From the IMG/VR virus record IMGVR_UViG_3300020161_002896, positions 1 to 39,101 of that record: 39,101 nt of DNA; one strand, written 5' to 3'. The position numbers and the translations under genes are program-made. The notes below the pieces were generated by a model, which ran no database searches, was not told the origin of the DNA, and saw nothing but the letters and a program-made list of their open reading frames with translations. Below, piece after piece: positions 12,601 to 20,400 of the stretch. Within the stretch, counting starts at the first letter, position 1; each line of letters starts with the position of its first letter. Source of the stretch: a virus. Its lineage: Duplodnaviria; Caudoviricetes.

Positions 12601-15600
12601 TTAATTACTACTATGGAAGTTACGCTGGAACAAATAATGATATTAAAAAAGATTTTGATTTAAAAAACAACAATTTACCAATATTCCAAAGGTATTTTGA
12701 TGGTAGTAACTCAAGTGTAGTAAATGTAAATAATGATACTATTATGATTCCAAATCATTTTTATGTGACAGGCGAAGAAATTGTATATTCATATCCAGGT
12801 GTTGGAACAACTCAAGCAATTGGTATAGCAACAACATCTATTGCAGGTATTGGTACAACAGATAAACTGCCATCTAGTCTATATGTTGTAAAATTAAATG
12901 AAAAAGAAATAAGAGTATCTGTATCGGCATCTGAGGCTTTAAAGACATTTCCTACAGTTTTGGATTTAACTTCGGTTGGTATTGGAAATTCTCATGTATT
13001 TACTTCAAAAAATCAAAATAAAAAAGTTATCATTGGTATTGATAACGTTATTCAATCTCCAATTATATCTTCATCAACAACTTCACTAACCATACAAAAC
13101 GTTGGATTTTTTGATTCTCAAGTTTATGTCTCTGGTATTGGATCGATTTATGGAGGTGATTTAATTAAAATCAATAATGAAATTATGAAAGTTACATCTG
13201 TAGGAGTTGGAAGTACAAATTCACTTTCTGTTATTAGACCTTGGATGGGAACTGGTTTATCAACACATGCTTCTTCAAGTTTAGTAACTAAAGTGTATGG
13301 AAATTATAATATTGTAGATAATAAAATTTATTTTGTAGAAGCTCCTTACGGCAAAATACCTTTAGTTGGAATATCAAATAGACCAGACGAAATAGACTTT
13401 GTTGGAATTGAAACTGGTTCAACATTCAGTGGAAGAGTATTTTTAAGGTCTGGTATTTCAGATTCTAATAACGAATCTTATTCAAACAATTATATTTTTG
13501 ATGATATTTCAGATGGATTTAATGGAATAGGGAAAACTTTTACGTTAAAATCTAATGGTTCTAACGTATCAGGAATATCTACAGATAATGCTATAGTTTT
13601 GATTAATGATATTCTACAAGGACCTAATTTCCCACTTAATACTGTTGACTATGATTTAAGTGAGTCTTCAGGTGCAACAATTATAACATTCTCTGGATTT
13701 TCAACATTTACAAAGTATGATGTTAATACTGTAAGTATTCCTAGAGGTGGAATTATTTTTTCTGTTGGTTCTACTGAAGGATTTGGATACCAACCATTAG
13801 TAGCAGCGGGTGGAACTGCTATTGTTTCTTCTGCAGGAACAATTCAATCAATTAGTATTGGAAATAGTGGATCTGGATATAGATCCGGAATCCAAACAAC
13901 TGTAAATGTTGGTGTTGCAACATCAAGTACTGGAATTCCAAACATAAAATTTATTGGAACTGCAGCAGTTAGTGGTGGAAGTATCGTAAGCGTTGCAATC
14001 ACAAATCCTGGTGTTGGATATACATCATCAAATCCACCAATTGTAATTTTCGATGATCCATTATCATATTCAAATATTCCTTTAGTTTATAGTTCTCAGT
14101 CATCTGCAGGTGTTGGCACTGGAGCAATAATTGATATTGTTGTTGGACAAGGTTCTAGTGTGATTTCTTTTGAATTAAAGAATCTTGGTTATGCCTATGA
14201 AAGAAATGAAATTTTAACAATTTCAGTAGGAGGATCCGCAGGAATTCCAACAAACACTTCTCTAAGTTTCTCAGAATTCCAAATTTCTGTTGATAATATT
14301 TACTCTGATAAATTTGCAGCATGGACACTAGGTGCTCTTCAAGTCATTGATACCATAGATTCTTTATTCGATGGATCTAGAAAGGTATTTCCAATTAAAA
14401 TAGGTGGAAACCAAACTACAATTAGATCCAGAAAATTAAAACCAGAGGAAGTTCAAGCGACTTTATTAGTTTCTATTAACGATGTTTTACAAGTTCCTGG
14501 AAAAGGATATTTCTTTAAGGGTGGAAGCACTATAAGATTTTCAGAAGCTCCAAAAGAAGGAGATACTTGTAAGATATTGTTCTATAAAGGAACAGAGGAT
14601 GTTGATACACAAACAATAGACATTTTAGAAACTATTAAGGTAGGTGACAATGTAACTTTAAATAGTGAGGATATTAAACTAACTGAAAATGATAGATTAG
14701 TAACTCAAATAATTTCTTCAGATGTTCTTGAAACAAATTTATATTCTGGTCCTGGAATTACTGAAGATGAAAATCTATCAAGACCATTGAAGTGGTGTAG
14801 ACAGACTGAAGATTTAGTTGTAAATGGTCAAGCGGTTGGTAAAGACAGAATTCTTTATGAACCTTATATTCAACCTACCACTAATATTATTCAAAATATT
14901 GGTATTGGATCTACCACAATTTTTGTAGAAAGTGTTAAAGCATTCTTTGATAGTGAAAAGGAATATGTTCGCGATGGAACTAATGAAAAACCACAGAATA
15001 AAATTCTGATTATATCTCAAGATACTATAACATCTGCTGCTGCTACTGCCATTGTATCAGCATCAGGAACCATCTCTTCGATTGTTATTTCTGATGGTGG
15101 AGTTGGATATTCAACTGTACCTACAGTAATAATTGCAGGTCCAATTGGTTTTGGAACCACTGCAGCACAAAATACTGCAAAAGCATCTGCAACTATATCT
15201 GGAGGAGTTGTAACAGGAATTGCAGTGACAATCGCTGGAGTTGGTTATACTTCATCTGAACCACCTATTGTTTTAATCGAATCTCCATCACTCAAGTATG
15301 AATCTATAGATAAAATTTCTTACGAAGGTGATTTTGGAACAATTACTGGAATTAATACTACTTCTGTTGGAGTAGCATCAACCGGAATTGTATTTGATTT
15401 GTTTATTCCTAATAATTCCGTTCTAAGAGATGGTAAAACTGTAAAAGTTGGTATTGCAACAACAGGAATTAGTGGTATTCAAACTGGGTATTACTTTGTA
15501 ATATCTAAATCAAATGTTGGTAATGGATTAACTTCTCTTAATTCATCAGGTAGCATTGTGGGTGTAGGAACAACTTTCATAGACAATATCTATCAGGTTG

Positions 15601-15866
15601 CTTCGGTTTCTATTGCTCAAACTGCAGTACCTGGTGTTGGTATTACTAATGTTGCTAAAGTTACAGTAAGTGTATCTGGGTACAATGGTTTAACTGGACT
15701 TGGGTTTAGTGATTTTTATGGAGAATATAGTTGGGGAAGAATTTTAACTCCAACAAGAGTTGATCCTCAACAATTTACAACTTATGCAAACATTGCTGGA
15801 ATTTCATCCTCTCCTACGATTCAAAGATACAATAAATTAAAGTATATTGGTTATTCAACCACATAA
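3687..15866 (+). CDS. gp7: Giant baseplate wedge initiator gp7-like protein (4059 aa) with many repeated beta-domains and a YHYH-like domain
   Basis: Lies between g6 and g8. N-terminal QLP.F...FL..YY and FY.SKGT..SFKILF motifs, plus the DS.YYQ.FSY.LKS...H.AGFK.F motif of T4-like gp7 homologues. Confidence 0.85.
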   Translation: MTETRIKISSILENQLPQFVLEEFPLVSEFLSQYYTSLENQGGSSDILQNIDQYIKIDHLTNLIESTTLSTDVTFFDTAINVVSTAGFPDSYGLLLIDSEIITYTSKTSTTFEGCVRGFSGITSHKIKDELTFKETEAQEHSSSATVSNLSVLFLKEFLIKVKKQVTPGFEERELYSDLNERLFIKQSIDFYSSKGTDDSFKILFGALYGQNVEIIRPRDYLIQPSDAQYRITSDLVVEKIEGDPENLINTTLYQEETEYTEAAQGTVTKVEKIRRGNKDYYVISLDSDYDKDISAVGSIYGKFQIHPKTKIVSSIISGSTTLEVDSTVAFPNTNGTLVIDLDNQTSLTVTYTSKTLNQFFGCVGITQDIPASTEVKTNSFASSSDKKVKVRILGVLSDFKVPNNTRFYSSGDTIKIKTLGVDLKDSKANNWFFNIPTKYNVSSIQLLDSSDRSYKINTYINHSFKVGDIVSLLSFSGVSYTGNVISFDNERSFTIQLGSNINLLDESQTYIANKVLLKAVAENYSSVNQFTTNVQNVYSDGESLYVASPSLPSYLNRSLKINDRSVVFSGTFSGTTLNVGKHGFYTGDSIVYKPLGTNSLGIATGVYFIKKISDTEVKLSRSRTNIFTENFVSVGGSVTAAKFELADFTYRDLSTQSLESQKLIRKISEPEIDGNVYETKPGLTGIFINGVENLNYKSKDNVYYGPIESIAPAAPGNGYDIINPPVLNISDPNGSGASGYCSVVGGLERINIIDPGFDYLDEPKIEITGGNGTGASAKTSLISFDHSVSFNSISAAGLVKLNPTNTIGFYSYHKFRDAEEVVYITDSQTSVGGLSTNSTYFVSVQNATDVKLHKSFIDAVAGINTIQLTSYGVGNHSFKSKNKKKQIGSITIENSGINYQNKLVTTGISGINTASNSINISNHGYNTGEVIVYNATENVIGGLSSATSYYVTKIDDSQFKLSQIGIGTIGITTSFYFDTKQYINLTSVGSGIHKFNYPEIKVSVRGRIGVSTLTGQDFNAIVQPIFRGGVQSVFVNSGGSKYGSEDIINHNRQPLVELSSGSGIELRPIVSNGQIVDVLVNSSGSGYNSPPNLAVNGSGIGALLTPILSNGTLVEVKVIYGGIGYDQSNTSITVTPAGSGAKFEAQIKSWKINLVQRLLENSQIQEDDGILDAGLNVNYGLQYAHAYAPRSLRSSIQATKFKDGQKIYVPDLQTSNNKEVSNSDDIGHSPVIGWAYDGNPIYGPNGYSSKTGGAVRSLRSGYELDLKDNRPSVSIYPQGFFIEDYTYTGNGDLDAHNGRFGITPEYPNGVYAYFTTINSGDVELTGLFTNYKKPVFPYVIGNSYKSKVIDFNFKNDSSQDHIDINQTNWKRNITPYNISSYEYLFNPNSIKSQESTVKNVSTGSIDSIGIETGGQNYKIGDKLIFNNRSGFGAKAKVFAITGKAVNQISVASSSFDDVRFCTYNQGFIGFTSIPHNYLNNDLVTFTGKYDYKKSGNIIVGSNTLTLIAGVGSAQYTGIVTYFSVSGNLSFPSVRENDIYQIGNEEVKILDIDIQASKITVLRNQNGTTGLTTYSAGIALTEKTRKFQLNFGISTSYNFNIDGEIYFDPNQVVGLGTTSGPGITSTIFINTNNFNNQVSIGTGSTTFLFFNNLLNLQNYASGGYVDVVNATNSSFNTTKKKIIGIGASSIKIDFDSSSLSGVGVTAYVNKWNILEIPTQSIYIKGNNLKTGDSLIYSANGGTRISVSTNGSSSFVLGENSIVYVAKISKDLIGISTVKVGLGSTGTFVGVGSTTPSGILYFTSVGTGNTHSFKTNYTDKLSGQISKNIVTVSTAETHGLSLLDVVNVEVKSGISTTFIVKYDDYNRRVIINPRDFSSIDTTNNIITINNHKFYTGQKVIYTAATPASGLSDKEIYYVVVIDPNKIKLSNSYYQSTQTNPEVVNITTSQPGTISPINPPLNFIKNQKVIFDLSDSSLKFINNSVPYTAFDLKFYKDAKFVEEFDTTKSSQTFEVTKVGKIGIDSTASVSINVNDNVPINLYYNLVPANITVNSEIKKEIIIDDEVLGFNQITLIDSGYAGRHTIIGISSTSFSYNILNTPEKSSYIQGIEYYTDNSSSAKGPIRQVRISSKGKNYSSLPFVSSIESDTGTGSIFNLETNQIGRVTSTQIEDIGFDYSADYSVRPTAKLPSTLILESLSSFDYIGITSVGRNYNSAPSLVIIDGLTNQIITDANISYELGDSRVTINKNSTSINNVTPKIIPINNSNGIKIQNITFNSSTKDVTVTLGASFSDPEDYPFAVGSKVLIEGVSVGIASTEKGYNSTNYNYSLFTLTAVDPNLGGAIGVVTYNISSYLQNGEIPGTFNSSLSVGKIIPESHFPIFNPVLKTNVFYTGETVYSSSSQGKVEFWDSDIQHLKVSTVDDFIINETVRGETSNSVGIIKNVISFDADYKVDASSNLRKGWNRETGFLNNNFQRVHDSDYYQYFSYSLKSQKDFNTWNNPISALNHTAGFKKFSDLIVESTPTNSGISTSQNNGDFSGISDLSSVIDLNCVYDFDLARENNLVIDGQFKSNEILFNSRIIQDYIESIGNRVLVIDDFSNQFNSNPRPTQFSVAESFDLDSSRSKKYIALIRDKKFINEKQLSLVVLLHDNNVGFLNQYGLGTLGSSDLGSFDFNISGTIGNLLFYPTKPKFNDYHLELFSFSLDDNITGIGTIDLGNSVRINTSTTTIPQGTGVSTSIVGIASTYRSSKVLVQIGATDSSYYETNEITILNDGTNIYMLDYGKLSTDNLASISSSGIGTYNAYISGSEIKIDLIPDSSTSVEYIVNTFNVSLASTTASGIGTQIISGSSINSSSVSIASSTSPIANSILSYSNTDYNCSYCIISIEDKTNLEYQTSEFLVVTNSDENECYITEFGILQTESSLGVTTAGVSGTNTEIYFTPIENIDVDIKVFRVNVGLNENSAEVSLNNGAINYYYGSYAGTNNDIKKDFDLKNNNLPIFQRYFDGSNSSVVNVNNDTIMIPNHFYVTGEEIVYSYPGVGTTQAIGIATTSIAGIGTTDKLPSSLYVVKLNEKEIRVSVSASEALKTFPTVLDLTSVGIGNSHVFTSKNQNKKVIIGIDNVIQSPIISSSTTSLTIQNVGFFDSQVYVSGIGSIYGGDLIKINNEIMKVTSVGVGSTNSLSVIRPWMGTGLSTHASSSLVTKVYGNYNIVDNKIYFVEAPYGKIPLVGISNRPDEIDFVGIETGSTFSGRVFLRSGISDSNNESYSNNYIFDDISDGFNGIGKTFTLKSNGSNVSGISTDNAIVLINDILQGPNFPLNTVDYDLSESSGATIITFSGFSTFTKYDVNTVSIPRGGIIFSVGSTEGFGYQPLVAAGGTAIVSSAGTIQSISIGNSGSGYRSGIQTTVNVGVATSSTGIPNIKFIGTAAVSGGSIVSVAITNPGVGYTSSNPPIVIFDDPLSYSNIPLVYSSQSSAGVGTGAIIDIVVGQGSSVISFELKNLGYAYERNEILTISVGGSAGIPTNTSLSFSEFQISVDNIYSDKFAAWTLGALQVIDTIDSLFDGSRKVFPIKIGGNQTTIRSRKLKPEEVQATLLVSINDVLQVPGKGYFFKGGSTIRFSEAPKEGDTCKILFYKGTEDVDTQTIDILETIKVGDNVTLNSEDIKLTENDRLVTQIISSDVLETNLYSGPGITEDENLSRPLKWCRQTEDLVVNGQAVGKDRILYEPYIQPTTNIIQNIGIGSTTIFVESVKAFFDSEKEYVRDGTNEKPQNKILIISQDTITSAAATAIVSASGTISSIVISDGGVGYSTVPTVIIAGPIGFGTTAAQNTAKASATISGGVVTGIAVTIAGVGYTSSEPPIVLIESPSLKYESIDKISYEGDFGTITGINTTSVGVASTGIVFDLFIPNNSVLRDGKTVKVGIATTGISGIQTGYYFVISKSNVGNGLTSLNSSGSIVGVGTTFIDNIYQVASVSIAQTAVPGVGITNVAKVTVSVSGYNGLTGLGFSDFYGEYSWGRILTPTRVDPQQFTTYANIAGISSSPTIQRYNKLKYIGYSTT

Positions 15867-15869
15867 ATA
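15863..15869 (+). promoter_or_regulatory. T4-type late promoter upstream of g8
   Basis: ATAAATA overlapping the g7 stop codon, 16 nt before the g8 ATG. Confidence 0.7.
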
Positions 15870-15885
15870 GATAAAAAACCGTAAA

Positions 15886-17436
15886 ATGTCTGCAATTATA
15901 ACTGATCAGTTAAGAATTTTGAATGCAAAGAATTTTGTTGCAGCGGCGACTTCTTCTTCGAATTCTTATTATTCTTTTGTTGGTTTAACTAACGCAACTG
16001 ATTATGCTACTACATGGGAAAATAATCCTCCTTCACCCAAAGATAGTTTTGATCAAGAGAATGATTATTGGGACACCATGGTTGCTTTGAAAAAAATTAA
16101 AGAAAGTGATGTAAATCAAGTTATTAGAAAAATAACTTGGTCATCTGGATTAATTTATGATATGTATCGTCATGATATCAGCAGAACTAACACATCAAAC
16201 CCATCTGGAGCAACTAGTCTTTACTCTTCAAATTATTACGTAATTAATAGTGATTATAGAGTTTATATTTGTCTCCAAAATGGAACAGATCCAGAAAATC
16301 CAACTGGAAGACCATCTCTCGATGAACCAATTTTTACAGATTTAGAACCAAAAGCAGCTGGAGATAGCGGTGATGGATACATTTGGAAATATCTTTATAC
16401 AATCAAACCAAGTGAAGTTATAAAGTTTGATACAGTTAATTTCATACCTGTTCCAAAAAACTGGGAAACTAGTTCAGATAATGCAACAATTAGAAATAAT
16501 GCTACTGTCACCAATAATCAACTTAAGATCATAACAATTACAAATCGTGGAGTTGGTGTAGGAACAGCAAATAGGACTTATACAAACGTTCCAATCAAAG
16601 GTGATGGTCAAGGAGCAAAGGCAACTATAGTTGTTAACAACGATTCTAAAGTTGAATCAGTTACAGTTTCTATTGGTGGATCTGGATATACTTATGGAAC
16701 TGTTGATTTAGTTGGTGGCAACGTCCCGACAGGAACAACGACACCAACTTTTGATGTTATTATTCCACCTAAAGGAGGTCATGGTGCAGACATTTATAGA
16801 GAACTTGGAGCATATAATGTTCTAATTTATTCTAGAATTGAAAATGACCTAGAAAATCCGGATTTTATTACAGGAAATAAAATTGCAAGAGTTGGTCTTG
16901 TAGAAAATCCACAAGCATACAATTCATCTTCTTTATTAGATGCAGAAAAAGCAAGCGCAGTTTATGCATTAAAACTTGTTGGAACTGGATATGATACTGC
17001 AGTCTTTACTGCAAATTCAAAATTTACTCAAACTGTAAGCACAGGAACAACTGCAGTTGGAAGAGTTGTATCTTATGATCAAAATACTGGAGTATTAAAG
17101 TACTGGCAAGATAGGAGTCTTGTAGGATTTAATACAGATGGATCTCAAAATTCTTCTCCAACATACGGAATTCAATTGAATAGATTTACAAATTCTGTTG
17201 GAACTGGAGGAACAACTTTTATCACTGGCACGAATCTCTATATTGACACTACTTTTACAGGCGTATCAACTACACTAAATAATAGAACATACAATCTTGG
17301 ACAGTCTTTCATTGGTGGTGTAGCAAATCCGGAGGTTAAAAAATACTCAGGAAATATTATTTACGTTGATAATAGACCATCAATTACCAGATCACAAAAC
17401 CAAAAAGAAGATATCAAAGTTATTTTGCAATTCTAA
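15886..17436 (+). CDS. gp8: Baseplate wedge subunit gp8
   Basis: MSAIITDQLR..NA..F, YRVYICL.NG, DGYIWKYLYTI and the C-terminal SG.IIYVDNR..ITRS.NQKEDIKVILQF motifs. Confidence 0.93.
   Translation: MSAIITDQLRILNAKNFVAAATSSSNSYYSFVGLTNATDYATTWENNPPSPKDSFDQENDYWDTMVALKKIKESDVNQVIRKITWSSGLIYDMYRHDISRTNTSNPSGATSLYSSNYYVINSDYRVYICLQNGTDPENPTGRPSLDEPIFTDLEPKAAGDSGDGYIWKYLYTIKPSEVIKFDTVNFIPVPKNWETSSDNATIRNNATVTNNQLKIITITNRGVGVGTANRTYTNVPIKGDGQGAKATIVVNNDSKVESVTVSIGGSGYTYGTVDLVGGNVPTGTTTPTFDVIIPPKGGHGADIYRELGAYNVLIYSRIENDLENPDFITGNKIARVGLVENPQAYNSSSLLDAEKASAVYALKLVGTGYDTAVFTANSKFTQTVSTGTTAVGRVVSYDQNTGVLKYWQDRSLVGFNTDGSQNSSPTYGIQLNRFTNSVGTGGTTFITGTNLYIDTTFTGVSTTLNNRTYNLGQSFIGGVANPEVKKYSGNIIYVDNRPSITRSQNQKEDIKVILQF
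17275..17281 (+). promoter_or_regulatory. Possible late promoter inside g8 serving the VrlC-like gene
   Basis: CTAAATA about 160 nt upstream of ATG 17443. No intergenic promoter exists before that gene. The motif can occur by chance in AT-rich DNA. Confidence 0.35.
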
Positions 17437-17442
17437 AGAATT

Positions 17443-20400
17443 ATGCCACAGGAAACTAACCTCAACGTCTCTCCATATTTTGACGATTTTGATGCAAATA
17501 AAGATTACTATAAGGTTTTATTTAAACCCGGATATCCAATTCAAGCAAGAGAACTGACTAATTTACAGTCAATTCTTCAAAATCAAATTGAACAATATGG
17601 TAGACATGTTTTTAAAGAGGGATCTGTTGTAATTCCCGGACAGTTAAGATATGAAAATCCACTTTATGCAATAGAAATTGAACCTACTTTTAACGGTGCG
17701 CCAATTTCTTTATATTTTGATCAACTCCTCGGCAAAAAACTTAGGGGATCTGTAAGTGGAGTTTCTGCAGAGGTTGTTTTATTAGTAACAAATACAGAAT
17801 CTGAAAGAGGAAATTATACTTTATATCTAAAGTATCTTGAAAGTGGTGGCGCAGACTTTACCAATAGAATTTTTCAAAATTCTGAAACTTTATTATTAGA
17901 AACTCCATTAACTTATGGAAATTTTACGGTTCCAGTTGGACAAGGAATTTGTAACACAATATCTGAAAATTCTGCTTCAGAGGGATCTGGAGTATCTGTA
18001 GCAAGTGGAGTATATTTTGTAAGGGGTGTTTTTGCCAGAGTATCTGAACAGACTATTATTCTGGATCAATATTCAACAACTCCATCTTATAAAGTAGGGT
18101 TTGATGTTATTGAAGATATTGTAAATTATGATGAGGATCCTAGTTTAGTTGATAATGCTCAAGGATTTTCAAACTACTCTGCACCTGGAGCTGATAGATT
18201 AAAAATTACTTTAGAACTCTCGAAGAGATCTATTGATGATGCAGAAACTAATAATTTCGTAGAGATATTGAGAGTTATAAATGGAGCTCCTCAGTTCTTT
18301 GATAAAAATCCACAGTATAATCTAATAAGAGACGAATTAGCAAGAAGAACATTTGATGAATCTGGAGACTATTTTGTTTCCCCATTTACATTATTTGTTA
18401 GAGATAGTTTAAATGATAGAACTTTAACCAAAGGAATTTATTTTAGAGATCAACAAACAGTTCAGGGAAATATTCCATCGGAAGATTTGATGGTTTATCA
18501 AATTGGTCCAGGAAAAGCTTATGTAAATGGATATGATGTTGAAACAATTTCTCCAAGACTTTTAGACGTTCCCAAAGCTAGATCAACAGAAAGAATAAGT
18601 CAAGTTGTACAATATAATGCAGGTAGTTTAGTAGTTGTTAATAATGGATACGGTTCACCTTCAATCGGACTCGGCACTCAAGCCACAGTCAGTTTGATGG
18701 ATTCTCGTATTGGCACATCTCCACACGTGGCTGCAGGAACAACTATTGGAGTTGCTAGAGTATATGATTTCGTTCCCGAAAGTGATTATGTTGACGATAC
18801 TAGTAGATTAAATTTAAGACTTTTTGATATTCAGACATTTACTATAATTGGTCTTACAACATCTTTTTCAACAAATCTTCAAGTACCTAGTTTTGTAGAA
18901 GGAAAGAAAAGTAGAGCAACTGGATACTTAAAAAGTGTGGTTTCTGCGGGAACTACAACTTTAACTTTATATGAAACCACAGGTAATTTCTTAGAAAACG
19001 AGCAAATTATAATTAATGGAATTGATAATGGAAGATTAATCACTTCTGTAAAAGATTACTCTGTTTCCGACATTAAATCAGTCTATTCGCAAGTTGGAAT
19101 AACAACTTTTAATGCGGATTTAGTTCTATCAAGAAGATCATATATCGCAAGACCTGGAACAACATTTAATATTAACAATGGAGTTGTATCTGCAGGACTT
19201 GAAAATATATTTACTAATATTGTAAAAGTTGGTGATATTGTTTCTTATACAAACACAACTTTTACTGGAGATCCAATTTATAATAAAGTAACTGCGATTG
19301 GTGCCGGTGGCACTAACTTCACAATTTCAGGGATTACAACAGTTACTGGCGTTTGTGATGGAGTTTTACCTTCAGGTTCCTTTGAAGTAACAAATGTTAT
19401 CAAAGTATCTCCCTCTATAAATTCAAGAAATTCTTCATTATTAACAAAATTAAGTAAAAATAATGTTTCAATAATAAATTTCGAAGGAAATGAAATATCT
19501 CAAAGACGTTCTTATGACATTTCTTCTTTTTCAGGATCCACTATCTCTATAACAATTGATCCTTCAGATATTGATGTTTATTTTGATTCGTTTGATGAGG
19601 ATAGATTTGTTATTACTTACAGTGATGGTTCGATAGAACCTATGAGATTTGACAAATACAATCTTAGTGATGATGGAAAAACTTTGACATTTAATGGTTT
19701 AACAAAATCAAGCGGAACAAATGTAAAAGTAATTACATCAGTATATAACATTGCATTAAATTCTAAAACTAAAAAATTGAATAAAGTTTCATCAATTTTA
19801 GTTTCAAATTCAAAATTAACATCATCTGGAATTGGAACAACTACTTTGAATGATGGTTTAACTTATAGTTCTGTTTATGGTACGAGAGTACAAGATAGAG
19901 AGATTAGTTTAAATGTTCCAGATGCAGTAAGAGTTATTGGTGTTTATGAGTCCAATGGAATTTCTGATCCAGTTCTTCCCAACTTACAAACTAGTGGAAA
20001 TCCTGCAGGAAATCAAAATTATATTATTGGTGAGCAAATTGAAGGAAAAACTTCTGGAGCAGTTGCTATTATTACATCAAAAATTGGATTTGATACACTA
20101 GAATATACATATTTGAACACTATTCAATTTAGTGTTGGAGAAATTGTTCTTGGTCAAGAATCCAATGAAGAATCTATTATTTCCAACAAAACTAATGGAG
20201 ACAAAAATATATCTAAAAACTTTAGTTTTGACGATGGCCAGAGAGATAGTTTTTACGATTTTTCTAGAATCGTTAGAAATCAAAATATAGAAGAACCCAA
20301 AAGAAAATTAAAAGTTATATTCCAAAATTATACGATTGATTCTTCAGATACTGGCGAAGTTATTACGGCCAATAGTTATAGTGATAGCGATTTTAAATAC

